Assembly (NCBI GenBank): GCA_021613535.1
Contig: CP075493.1
Location: forward strand, 15,624,001 to 15,688,000
Direction: 5' to 3'
DNA from: Adineta vaga
Taxonomy: Eukaryota; Animalia; Rotifera
Length of the DNA: 64,000 nucleotides
The notes beneath the pieces were generated by a model, which saw nothing but the letters and a program-made list of their open reading frames with translations, ran no database searches and was not told the DNA's origin. Position numbers and translations under genes: made by a program. The first letter of the stretch is position 1. Each line of letters begins with the position of its first letter. Shown here piece after piece: positions 13,632 to 25,542 of this stretch.

Positions 13632-15071
13632 TCAAAAGATGGTATCGCTGTTTTCAAAGTTAACGAAAGCCTCCAGATCACAGTAATTAACTGTAACTTC
13701 GATGGATTCTTGTTCCTTAGAATTCAGTTCCGATTGAATTATTTCGACCGTTTTTTGCTTATCACCTGCAAAGACCAGACATAGATTTCGAAATTTCATT
13801 TTTCGTAGACTTTTTATTAAACGTGCTCCAGCATTATGCGGCGGATTTTCGTTGTCACGGTACATATCAGTGACAATACGAAATGTCTCTTGATTTTTCA
13901 ACCGCTGTCCAAAGGGGGACCGAAGAAATGATAGTGCGCTGTCGGTAGAGGACTTTGGAATAAAATGAACATTTTTATTCAGCGCTTTGGCTGCTGCACG
14001 CTCCATATACTCTTTATTCTGCCAGTTTTCGTCGAAAATTCGATCATCAACCCACATTACAGACCACCGGCTCATACCCAATTCAATCTGTCGCATGTAT
14101 ATTGTGTGTTGCGTTCCGTGCCATGCTATGTCATGATGAAAAACAATAAATGAAGAATGTGGTAAAAATAACACTTCATCCTCTTCTGGAAAGTTAGAAA
14201 ATTGTTTAATAAAACGACCCGTTAAAGAATATATTTTGAAAAATGTATTACGTCGTTCAAAATCACCATTCGCAACATTTTTACCTTTTTTTGAACTATT
14301 GAATTTAATCCATGTGACCAAACTCCCAGCCGTATACATATTCAGTTCATCATCTGATAACTGGCAAGCTCGTGTCACATAACCCCAATAGTATGGTATA
14401 TATGAGACAGCTTTTATTAAATAGTACAGCGTAACAACTGCCTCTTGCAGTTCATCTTCGCTTCTTTCGAGGTTTGCGCCATTTCCACGACGAGCAATAA
14501 GACTGGCTCCTCTGTGAACTACTTCATATTTTGTGCCGGTATAGAACGAAAGAGCCAATGCTATCGACTTTGCTTCGTCTATTGATAAACCTTTTTGTAC
14601 AAAATATTTATGGGTCTTTGCAACAAGTGCATCATGTTCATCCATTACTTTATCGACATTTATTCCATCGTTTTGTTCGTAGAAACGGCAGACTGACCGA
14701 AATTTTTCGAATGATAAATTCTTTTGCACCATCTTCATTACAGCGGGATTTAAATGATCTTGAGAGACAGCACGATTCCGGCATTGTTCTGCTATTTCTT
14801 CAATGTCTTCATATAGTGTTATAAATTCCAACATGAATTCGAACTTTTCGGATTCCATTATTATTAGATTCGGCTGATCGACTGTGACAGCATATTCCTC
14901 ATCTCGATTAGCGATAAAATCTTTTAACTGGTTCAGGTGTGTACGGTTCTCGACACGGCCGACTAAGATCGCATAACGATTTTGTTGCTGCGAGAGTGGC
15001 ACTCTATCAAAACTTTTATTTGGATTGAAAGCACATAAATCTTTAAGAATGTCAACTACTTGCCGCGACAT
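13632..15071 (-). CDS. R-S-E type mono-ADP-ribosyltransferase domain protein with C-terminal receiver-like domain
   Basis: YVTR, FNSS and FSNFPEEDEVLF (ExE) motifs; downstream VMWVDD strand. Confidence 0.75.
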   Translation of the reverse strand: MSRQVVDILKDLCAFNPNKSFDRVPLSQQQNRYAILVGRVENRTHLNQLKDFIANRDEEYAVTVDQPNLIIMESEKFEFMLEFITLYEDIEEIAEQCRNRAVSQDHLNPAVMKMVQKNLSFEKFRSVCRFYEQNDGINVDKVMDEHDALVAKTHKYFVQKGLSIDEAKSIALALSFYTGTKYEVVHRGASLIARRGNGANLERSEDELQEAVVTLYYLIKAVSYIPYYWGYVTRACQLSDDELNMYTAGSLVTWIKFNSSKKGKNVANGDFERRNTFFKIYSLTGRFIKQFSNFPEEDEVLFLPHSSFIVFHHDIAWHGTQHTIYMRQIELGMSRWSVMWVDDRIFDENWQNKEYMERAAAKALNKNVHFIPKSSTDSALSFLRSPFGQRLKNQETFRIVTDMYRDNENPPHNAGARLIKSLRKMKFRNLCLVFAGDKQKTVEIIQSELNSKEQESIEVTVNYCDLEAFVNFENSDTIF

Positions 15072-15197
15072 TCAGTGTCTTCCTTCTTAAAAAAAAATTA
15101 GAGGTTTATTAGTGGTCAATACAAGCCAATGTGCTGTCCTAGTACCATTGGGAGTGTGGGTGTGGGTTACAGATAAAACAATAGTCACACGCATCCT

Positions 15198-15425
15198 AAA
15201 AAAACAATTTTAGCAAAAAGGATCAGGAAAAAGGTATGATATTACTGGAAAAATCCTATTCACAAAAAAGGAGATTTCTTGAAACCCCAAAAAAAATTCT
15301 GGGATAGACTAAAAACATCCCAAAACCTTTTTTAAGGGTTCAGCAAACGTCCTTTTTTTGTGAATAGGATTTCTCCAACAATATCATACTTTCTCCCTGA
15401 TTTCTTTTGCTAAAATTGTTTTTTG
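15198..15425. repeat. Imperfect palindrome (foldback MITE-like), ~90-bp arms
   Basis: aaaaaacaattttagcaaaa...gtatgatatt...aatcctattcacaaaaaagga is mirrored by tcctttttttgtgaataggatt...aatatcatac...ttttgctaaaattgtttttt. Confidence 0.7.
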
Positions 15426-15792
15426 TTGTTGTGCATGTCTATGCGTGTGCTCGTTTTTTTCTCTTCTTTTTATTTTTCTTGTTTCTTTTTTCTTTTCTCT
15501 TTCTTGTTTACTGGCACTATTAGGATCTGATAGTTAAAGTTTTTTTAAGCAAATAAAAAAACAATAATGCCATATCTTTTTCTTTCTGTAGAAATATATG
15601 TTAGAGATATCATAAACGACGAAGAAAAAGATAGAAGCAGTCAAACACGAGAAAAAAGTCAAGTTGAAATATACATTTGCGATAAAAATTTATTCGTTCC
15701 CACAGATTTTATCATCTGCTCATTTCAGTTTCTACCAAAACAGCAGTGTAGCTCTTACTAACAAGGCCCTTTTGAAGGTGCGGGTCAATATG

Positions 15793-16066
15793 CTTGAGGG
15801 TGTGGGTGTGGGTGTGTGTGGGTGTGGGTGTGGGTGTGTGTGGGTGTGGGTGTGGGTGTGTGTGGGTGTGGGTGTGGGTGTGTGTGGGTGTGTGTGGGTG
15901 TGGGTGTGGGTGTGTGTGGGTGTGGGTGTGGGTGTGTGTGGGTGTGGGTGTGGGTGTGTGTGGGTGTGGGTGTGGGTGTGTGTGGGTGTGGGTGTGGGTG
16001 TGGGTTATACTCTTTTTTTCACCGACAACCACACCCACATCCATCCACATTCACACCATCCTCAAA
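15793..16066 (+). repeat. Interstitial (TGTGGG)n telomere-like array (~205 bp) inside a MITE-like element
   Basis: TGTGGG units with periodic extra TGTG at 15798-16004; the element starts cttgaggg and ends cacaccatcctcaa. Confidence 0.85.
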
Positions 16067-16322
16067 TTTACATGATGAGTTTTTTTCAGCAAAAGCGAAA
16101 TTTTAGTAAAAGTTTTATCTTAAAGATACTTTCAAATAGTTATGTTTAGTATTATTGCAACCATTAAAAAGAAAAAACTAATAATCGTTTGCGCTTATCT
16201 TGCTTTTTTATCTAGCTGTCTGTCAAAAAGAAACATGTATTTTATCAAGTAAATGTCGAAAACAGTATAGCGTTTTGTTCTTCTTTCTTTAAGCTAATGC
16301 ACATGTAAATATCTTTAAAATC

Positions 16323-19300
16323 TCAATACAAATATCGCTTAGCAATGTCTATGAATGAACGTTGTTGAGTCTGTTTAATAAATGATAATTGAAGAAAAGC
16401 TTGTTTATAAATTGATGATGAATAAATAAAAAATGGGAAAAACGTAACTTGCGGAATATATGAAAAAAGAAAAATAATTATAATTATATGTCGAAGCCAA
16501 ATTTGATTCCATTGATGACAATTAACAACAAATCCAATAATAAGTTGTGGTAATGATGAAATAATCATTAATAATGAACAAAAACATTGTTCTTGAAATT
16601 TATTTATTTGTTTTGATATGGAAATAAAGAAACTTTCCTTATAACTTTTCGATTTACTTTTTGATACTAAATAAATAAGTTTTAAAATTGAATAACTATT
16701 AAGACAAAATGGTGTTAAATGATGAATAAAAGTTAATAATGTGGCAAATGTTTTCCATAAACCATATGGTTCAGTAATACATTGATAAGATTTCATCTGA
16801 TCATTCTTATTTAAAATTAATAAACGATGAAATAAGATTTCTGTTATTGTACTAATTGATACAATGATCATCAATGTTATATACAAGATTATCTATTCAA
16901 AATAAAATAAAAACAAATTTTGACAACAAAAAATTCAATTACTTTTCGTTTAATTTTAGAAGATTGATCCATATTTGTTAATATTTGTGTTGATTGTTGT
17001 AAACGAGTTATATTTATCAATGCAGTTGACCATTTACTAACATATACAAACATATTAATTATATAAGATATAGATTTACATAAAATATAATTTAAAGAAA
17101 TATTTGTTATCTGAGATAAATCATTCATAAAGATATAAATAATTTGTATTATAAGACTAAAAAGTGTTATTTGATTCCAAATACATGTAAAAATAAGAAG
17201 ATAAACAAGAAATGTACGAATTATTGTTGAATGTAAAAGAGTTAAGATTGAACATAAATTACTTAATAAACCAATAAAAAACATGAAAATTGATAAAATA
17301 AAATAAATTATTTTTGATATTGATGAAATATTTTCATAATCATCAATTTGATCATTGGAAATTAATAAAGTTTCAAGTGAATAACCAAATTGTGCTGTTT
17401 TATATTGACATAATAATCCATAATAACATTTAGAACATCGACATAAATAATCATAACGATTTTCATGTTTATTACGATAAACACACAAACCATCATTTAA
17501 ACCTTGAAATAAAAGACTTATATCGAAAAATCTTTCTCTTTCTAAGAATAAATATCTTACAGAAATGACATTGATCATATTGAAAATCATATTTATAACA
17601 TGATGCTGATTGTCTTTGTAAATCACATAAACATAAATATGTTTGTTCATCATAAAAACATAAAATATTCGAATTTTGACATGCTTGATGATATCGTTTC
17701 ATAAATGGTATTAATTTTATATCAGAATTATAATCATTTTTATCTTCCGGAACTAAATTCTGAAATTCTCGCGCATGACGACATCGATTTGTTTCATTCA
17801 ATGTAAAAATTTCTTTTGAATAAAGTGGAGCATTTCTGGTCCATAGAAGATAAATATTATAATTCACGGAGCTGGTAAAAACTTTTAATAAACCTACACG
17901 ATAATATCGTTCGTTAGAATAGAAATACGGTGAACTTATTGTTGAATTGAACATATTGACTTGATATTGATGAGAAATAGTTAATGTATGTGAATCAATA
18001 CTTAGAGAACTTATTTGTAAAGTCATTGCTAGAGACGTTGAACGTACTGATATTTGTAGTGAAGAGCCGTGAATTTCACAACTATGATACAAACGAAAAT
18101 ATTTATGTGGTTGAATATATTTTTCGATTTTACTTATCACCAAAAAATGTTTTTTGACAAAAACAAAATGCTTCCGCTTTTTCATCATAATACCTATCTG
18201 CTGTTATAAGATATAAAGTTCCATTTTTTCCACATCTATTTGAATACAAAGCTCCTTCATCGACCATATGACATGTATGACCATATCGATTGATTGGACA
18301 AATACATAGAAAATCATCATATTGATCAATTCCATTGTAAAACGTCGGAAGAAAATAACTATTGGACGCACAAGATACATTTTGATATTGTTCAGTACAT
18401 TCTAATCCATACCATCCTGATTGACATTCACAATAAAATGATGCAGTATCAATCAAATGACAATTTTGACTATGAATTCCACAAGAATTTATCATAGAAT
18501 TTGAACAGGATTTTGAACTTGTTGGATTTAATATAACAGTTAGACGATATGTTGGTAAAAATGGATATTTAATTGGATAACGATGAATACTAAATAATTT
18601 CACTAGATTTCTTCCAATTGTATAAATATGAAACATAATTGTATAATCATTCGATGATGCTTGATGAATTGTATCAAGTAATGACCAAGGATAGTGAAGA
18701 TAAAATCTTTGTTTTCTTTTTAATGGTAATTCTATCCAATTAAATGATAATTTCATATGATCAATTGTTTTATATTGATACTGAAGTAATGTTATTACTC
18801 TTATATTACTAAAATTATGTTTCGATGGATCAAGTGTCATTTCTATTGTATAGATCACAGTTATACGATGAGATTGGTATTGACATCGATCACCATAAGA
18901 ACTTGATGGGCAAAGACAGGCTATTCTCATTGATCCAAGGGTATAATAATTTTCAATTGCTATTCCACGATTACAAAACCATACAAGATTAGGAGCAGAA
19001 GAAGAAAACTGTGGTTCTTGTTGTGGACGTGGCGTAGTTGGATTTTCCTTGTTCGTGTATTTTACAAACTTATTTCTTATATTTCTTTGAGAATGACATC
19101 TTTGTTCATCAGGATTAAGATTACGTGGAAGACATTCTGGTTTACCATCGCATCGAGCATTTCTATTCAAACATTGCAAATATTCTGTTACATTTGGTTT
19201 TCGAGATAATGAACAATCAAATGTTCCTCGTGGACAAATTCTTTCAGTGAATAAATTATCTTGATGACGACAATAACCATTTGATTCATCTTCACCATTC

Positions 19301-21598
19301 AAACAATGTTCTATTCCATCACCTAAACACAAAAAAAGAAATAACAAAAGATTTTTCTATTAAATCCTATACACATACAGAGCAATTGTTGATCTATACA
19401 AGTACCATTCGAACATCGAAAACGTTGTCCAATTTGATATTCATCTTCACATGCTATCGTATTTCGTTCATCTTGACCTCCTAAACAATCGATAATTCCA
19501 TTTCCAATTAAATCTGGTCTAAGTTTAACATCAATGAATTTCCATGTTGTAATATTTTGACATATCCATCGAAATGCTTTACTATTTAAACAAAAGATTT
19601 CATCTCGTCCATCAACAAAATCCCATATATGATTACAATTGCTTCGTGGTGGAATACAATTTCCATTCCATAATAATGAGTCTTTTCGATCATATTGAAA
19701 CCAATTTGATAAACATTTCCAGCCTGATATTGAACAATTCATTTCATCAATTCCATATGCTAAATCCCATTGTGAATCACAAAGATCAGAAAATTTTATT
19801 CGTAATTCTTTGTTAATTAAATTCATGTCATTTGCTTCTCTTAATAATTGACAACCAATATCATTTGTTTGTTCGCATTTAATAGATTTCCAATCAATTT
19901 GTTGATAAATTTCATCTGAACCATCTGAACAGTCGACTTGTTCATTTCCTACAAAGAACTTGTTGAAAATGAATTCTTTCATAATATAACTTACCGATAA
20001 GATGAAACATAATCTTTTCTGAAACAGTTTTACATTGATATCGATCTTGTAAAAATCTTTCATCTTCTATTTCAATATTTTCATCTGATCCATCTAAACA
20101 ATCTTTATAACCATCTAATAATCGATATTTTGAAATACATTCAATTGAATTTAAACATTGATAAAAGTCATGAGGATGTTCACGACATGTATCTTTTTCT
20201 AATTTGATTTGAAATAAATTATCGAATGGAATCGAATGATATTTAGAAAGATTCTCGTTTGTTACGCATTGATTTTTAAAACAAAATAAATCAGGATGAA
20301 GTGAACCATTATTAATTTGTTCACTGCTGATGTATGCATTGACAAAAGGTGAAAAGAAATATGAATATGCATAAAATAATAAAGATTGATTCATTGTTTT
20401 ACATTTATTTGATATATCATTTTGAATTGTAACTAAATCACTTAAATCTTGTGTTCTCGATGCAATATAATGACGGATGACATCAATACATTCTGAATTT
20501 GTGTTCGGAACATCTTTCCACTGACAATATCCATCGTTTAAAGTTTTTCTTAAAACTTTCTGTTCACACATATAAAACATATCATTCCAATTCATACATT
20601 TAATTGATACTTGAAATCGAGCAAACCATGATATACATTGTCCATCACCACATGAAAATTGATCTTTCGTACAAAGATGTTCTTCACAATCAATCCATGG
20701 AAATTGATAACATAATTGTTCATTTAATTTTAATTGTTCATCACTTCCATCTAAACAATCAAATTGACCATCAAATAAAAATTCTGGTGGAATACATAAA
20801 CCATTTCGACAACGAAATTCTATTTCAATATCACATTTATTCATTTCGAAATTCATACATTGATTTTCATCATCACCATTAATACAATCAATTTCACCAT
20901 CACAAATATCACGCCAATCAAGACATCGTTTTCTATTTAAACTATCACGACATGTCGCAAGTAAATTGTAACATGATATAAGACGATTTTCAGGTGAGAA
21001 TTCTTTACGTGCTTTTCCAATAGATGGAACTATAATATCACCCACATCGATAAATTCTTCATTTGATATAATACGAAGTACTTTATATTCACAATATCTT
21101 CCAAAAATTTCTTCAGATTTACAAATACATATGAATAGTTGTTTGTTATTAATTAATATTTCTGTTTGATTTTTTCGATAGAAAATATATTGTTGATATG
21201 CATCGATCAAATCAAGTGGAATATTCAAATCCATTAACCAGTATTCATTTTTATCTGAAAAATAAATCGAATCTTTATTTAAAAATAAAAGAAAATCATT
21301 TACTTTCTTTATATAATTTTTCAAATGAAATCTTTTGTTTTGTAAATAAGGAACATTCTGTTGATTTTTCGTCATAAGGTATTCGTATACACAAACGTAC
21401 ATAATCATCAATGTCGTCTGTATTAGATGTGATGCGTCCGAGATACGTATTTCTGATGTAAAAACAATCACGATAAATTGCATTGGGTCGTCGATTGAGT
21501 GTGAACTCGAAAATATCTGCTGCGAGTTTATATCTGTCAGTTACAGTCAATTGTATTACTATGAAAAATATAAGAAAACAATCTATTTGGTAACTCAT
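16323..21598 (-). CDS. Multi-exon LDL-receptor class A / EGF-repeat 7TM receptor
   Basis: Signal peptide at 21598; many LDLa motifs (CDGEIDCINGDDE, FDCLDGSDE, CSDGSDE); EGF motifs (CLCPSSSYGDRC, CECQSGWYGLEC); C-terminal 7TM region 16323-17300. Frame switches between the ORFs are consistent with short introns (first junction checked). Confidence 0.8.
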
Positions 21599-22669
21599 CG
21601 TTCAGTATAATGCAAATATTATATAGAAATATGCGTATATCTTTTTAGTGATTGATTTTCATAAAAAAATGTCAATCTCAATGTGTTTCAATATTATTAT
21701 AATGTCAAACTACTTACATATGTTCATTTATTAAAGTGTATTTTATTAGAATTAACAACATTTTTATTCAATAAACAATATTTTCTATGGGAAATTCAAA
21801 TGAAATGATTATTTACTACCATAAGTAACATTGTTGATAAATATACTAATCGATGAAAAATCTTCATCAATAATTGAAAATCATAAAATGTACATGATTT
21901 AATAGTCACGTTTTGAATACAATTTTTCAAAGAAAAATATTCAAAATCTTCAATATACTATACCGCTGCAGCGCCGCTGTGAACATCTCAGATTCATATA
22001 TCAAATCAATTTTATTCTAGTATAACAGTATCACATTTAGTGGCAAAATCTTCAAGCAAAAATAATTGTTTGAATCTTCTCGTTTTGAATCAAAAGGGTG
22101 ATCAGGAAAATAAAGTTCAAATTTTAATGTATATGTTACACGGGAAATTAAAATCCAGGGCAATTTAAAATTCCCCTAAGGGGAAATTGATGGTAAGAAT
22201 GTACGTGTAAGTCAGAATAAAGGTGAAACAACCTCCTACACCCACACCCACACCCACACCTTGCTACTCAAAGCTTAGCATCAAATTCAATAATATTTAA
22301 AACTGCTCGTGATCAATTCTTTGACGATCTTCAAACAAAAATAGAAGATCCGAAAGAATTTTTTATAATACGTTTTAACTGAGTTTGACTTCCATGACTT
22401 GACTTGGCTTGACTTGTGAAAACGTCTGACTTGCCCATCTCTGGACACATCGAGTGATTCTAGTTATGCGCTCACTTTTTCCGTACATTTGAAAAAGTAC
22501 AAGATTCTAAATCTTTTCTCGATAGCATACTGTTGATACCTGATTACATTGTGTTCTTAGTTTTCTTGAACATATTCTCTCTATTATTCAAAAATCAAAT
22601 TTAAAATTACAAAGACGTTATTTAGCCGGTGTTAGTTTACATCAAATCATAACAGAATTTAAATTTAAA

Positions 22670-23527
22670 TTGCAACAAAGATCGAATTCATTATTTTTCG
22701 GTGCAAATTGTCGTTTGAAATTATCTCGTTTAGATCCAAGTACAGTTGATAAATTAACAAATTCGTTTGTGCGTTTTATTGAACGAATCATTGAATACAT
22801 TGATGAATATTATTTGTCGAAAAAGAAAGATAATAATGGGGAAATTATTGAACCTAAATGTATTACACCATCAGAAATGTATGAAACTATGAGTCCATTT
22901 GGTTTATCAACAATTAATGACATTACATGGGATCAGGTGACAAAATGTATTGAATTACTTCAAATAAAAAATATAAATGAAAATGATTTATTCAATGAGT
23001 TTTGTGAAATTCAAATGATTTTTAAATCTATACTAAATAACAATATTCCTTTGTATGATCAAATTCAATGTTATATGGACAAAAAATCCAATTTAAAAGT
23101 ACCAACAACAACAACTGAACTGAACGAAGAATTTGAAGAAGAACAGAATAATGATACAGATGATGACAACAACAGTGATTTAAAAGAAAATACTTTTACA
23201 AAAGAAATTCGACCCGATCACCTATGGGCGATATTGTTATCTATTAAATCAACACCTTCACCTAATCTACATAAACTAATCTGCTTCTTATTCTCGTTCC
23301 CATGTAGTAATGCATTTGTTGAAAGTGTTTCCTCCGCAATGAAGCATTTATTCGACGATAAACGAAATCGTATGTCAACAAAACTTGTTGCAGCTGAATT
23401 AAAAATTCGTTTCAATTCTTTCTTATCGAGTAAAGAAGTTTATGATTACTTTTTATCAAAAGCAGAATTGCTCAAACTTATTCAATCCAATGAAAAATAT
23501 TGTGCAAAAAAGCAACGTGTTAATTGA
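22670..23527 (+). pseudogene. hAT transposase C-terminal fragment with dimerisation domain
   Basis: FSFPCSNAFVESVSSAMKHLFDDKRNRMSTKLVAAELKIRFN matches the hAT PxSxAxxERxFS...RNR pattern. N-terminus missing; hAT-like right end atctggcatctctg at 23718-23731. Confidence 0.75.
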
Positions 23528-25542
23528 CTATAAATTATAAAGTTTAGAACTTATTTTTGATACTTTAATCATATTTATATGTTTGCTTTCTTTTATGTAA
23601 TTAAAATATGTTAAATTTTGCGAAAATATATGAAGATATTCATAATGTGAATTAGATAGACGACCTTTACTTCATTAAAATAGTCTTCGAAGACCTTTCC
23701 GGATTTTTAAGTTTTACATCTGGCATCTCTGGTCTTCTCATAAATTGACACAGTTTTTCAAATTAAGTTCAAATAGAAAAATATTATTGTTTTTTTTTAA
23801 ATTCATTTGAGTTTTGATGTGATATTTATTTGTCACTTTTACGAATATTGAAGAAATATTTGATGTATATGCGGAAAAACGATAGAGATCTGTACAAGAT
23901 CACATAAAAGATAAATCCTATGAAAAATACTAAATAGAACAGTATCTTTGCTTTTTCATCTTCGTTCTCTCTCACAAAAGAAAATGAATTTTCATCAGAA
24001 ATTTCAAAACTATCAAAAGTACATCGAAAGAAAGTTCATATTCGGAGCTTTTGAAAATAATATCATTTTTATCTAAAACGTTTCTTTTTAGTTTTATAGA
24101 AATTTCTCTAATTTGCTTTCTGAAAGGTCCGTTCTATTGTTCAATTAGACTCTTGGTTTCGATGGTATTTTGTCATTTTACTTCTGATTTTATTTTAATA
24201 AAAACAAAGTCAATTCCAAAAGATTATAACGATATCGAATCATAATAACAAAATGAACTGAATTTTATTCTTACGATTATTCTTTTTCCAATATCATTGA
24301 TTTTAAACTCATTTCATTGTTATGTTTATCAATATAAATTTATCTTTTCATTTATAAAAAAATGATCAAAAGAAATAAGAAAACACAATATTTGAAATCG
24401 AAGAAAAAGAATCAAAAATCTTTCTAAAGATTATTCAAAGAAATTGTTTCAAATAGATCATATTGATCTGTACAAAATACTTTCGAATTATTCATAACAG
24501 AAACAGATGAGAATGTTAAAGAATTCACATCGAACAAATAATAAAACAAAGAGAAAAGTGAAGTTATTGTTCGTTTGACGATAAAAAAAAGTATTTACGA
24601 AGAAACCGATAAGATTCTTATAAAACAATTGTGACACAATATTTGATTATGACTAAAGGTACAAATCAATATCTGAATTAGTATATAGAGACCGTAATTA
24701 GAGATAGGATTTTAACACAAACTTTACTTCAAATTCCGACTCACTTATTTTTTCTTTAAAAGATTGATAAAAGTTTCACAAAATATTTCAATAAAATTTC
24801 CATTTTTACTTTTTCTTTTTGTAGATTTCTTAGTTTTTTTCCTTTTAAATAATGATTCATTTCTTTCTCTTTTGTTTATCTTTATCGATAAAAAGAATTC
24901 TCTCGTTAAATATTCAAATGTGTTTTTTATTCTTTTGAAGAAAATTTCATTTGATTTGTTTTTGTTGGAATATTTCATTCATCTTTTTTCTTCAATAAAA
25001 TATTCGTTTTTATACAAATAAAAGCTGATACTTGAATTTTTCAAAGATTTTTCAGATATATTTCTCATGGTCTTTTATTTAATTCATTTTAATTTAATGT
25101 TATTAAAGAATTTATTTCTTTGATATTATTTATCACAATTTTCTGGAAAAAACTGACCTTTCAAATGATTAGATGAAGAAAAGTTAAATATTTTTGGCAA
25201 TAAGAAATTCTTTTATTTCAATTATGATCATTTTAAATTAACTTTGATATTATATCAAAATATTAGTTTTATACGATAATTTAATTTTAACATTTTCAGA
25301 ACAATGAATTCTCATTCAGAAACAAAATATTGATCAAAACTATGAAAATCAAAGAGAAAATTAGTTGTATAGATTCTTGTTTTAGAAATGTTTACTTTAA
25401 TAAAAAAACATCGATGTGGATAGAAGAGATCGAGACAAATAGTAAACATTGAAAAATCGAGAAAAAAAATCATTAACTTTTTTTACAATTTTAAAAGAGA
25501 AAAATGAATTGTTTTTTTTAGATAAAAATTTCATTTCTTCGT

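Noticed and set aside
15793-16004. True chromosome end
   Set aside because: The array is short and flanked by genes on both sides.
15664-16149. VGVG/CGCG/HTHT-repeat ORFs
   Set aside because: Translations of the TGTGGG array in several frames.
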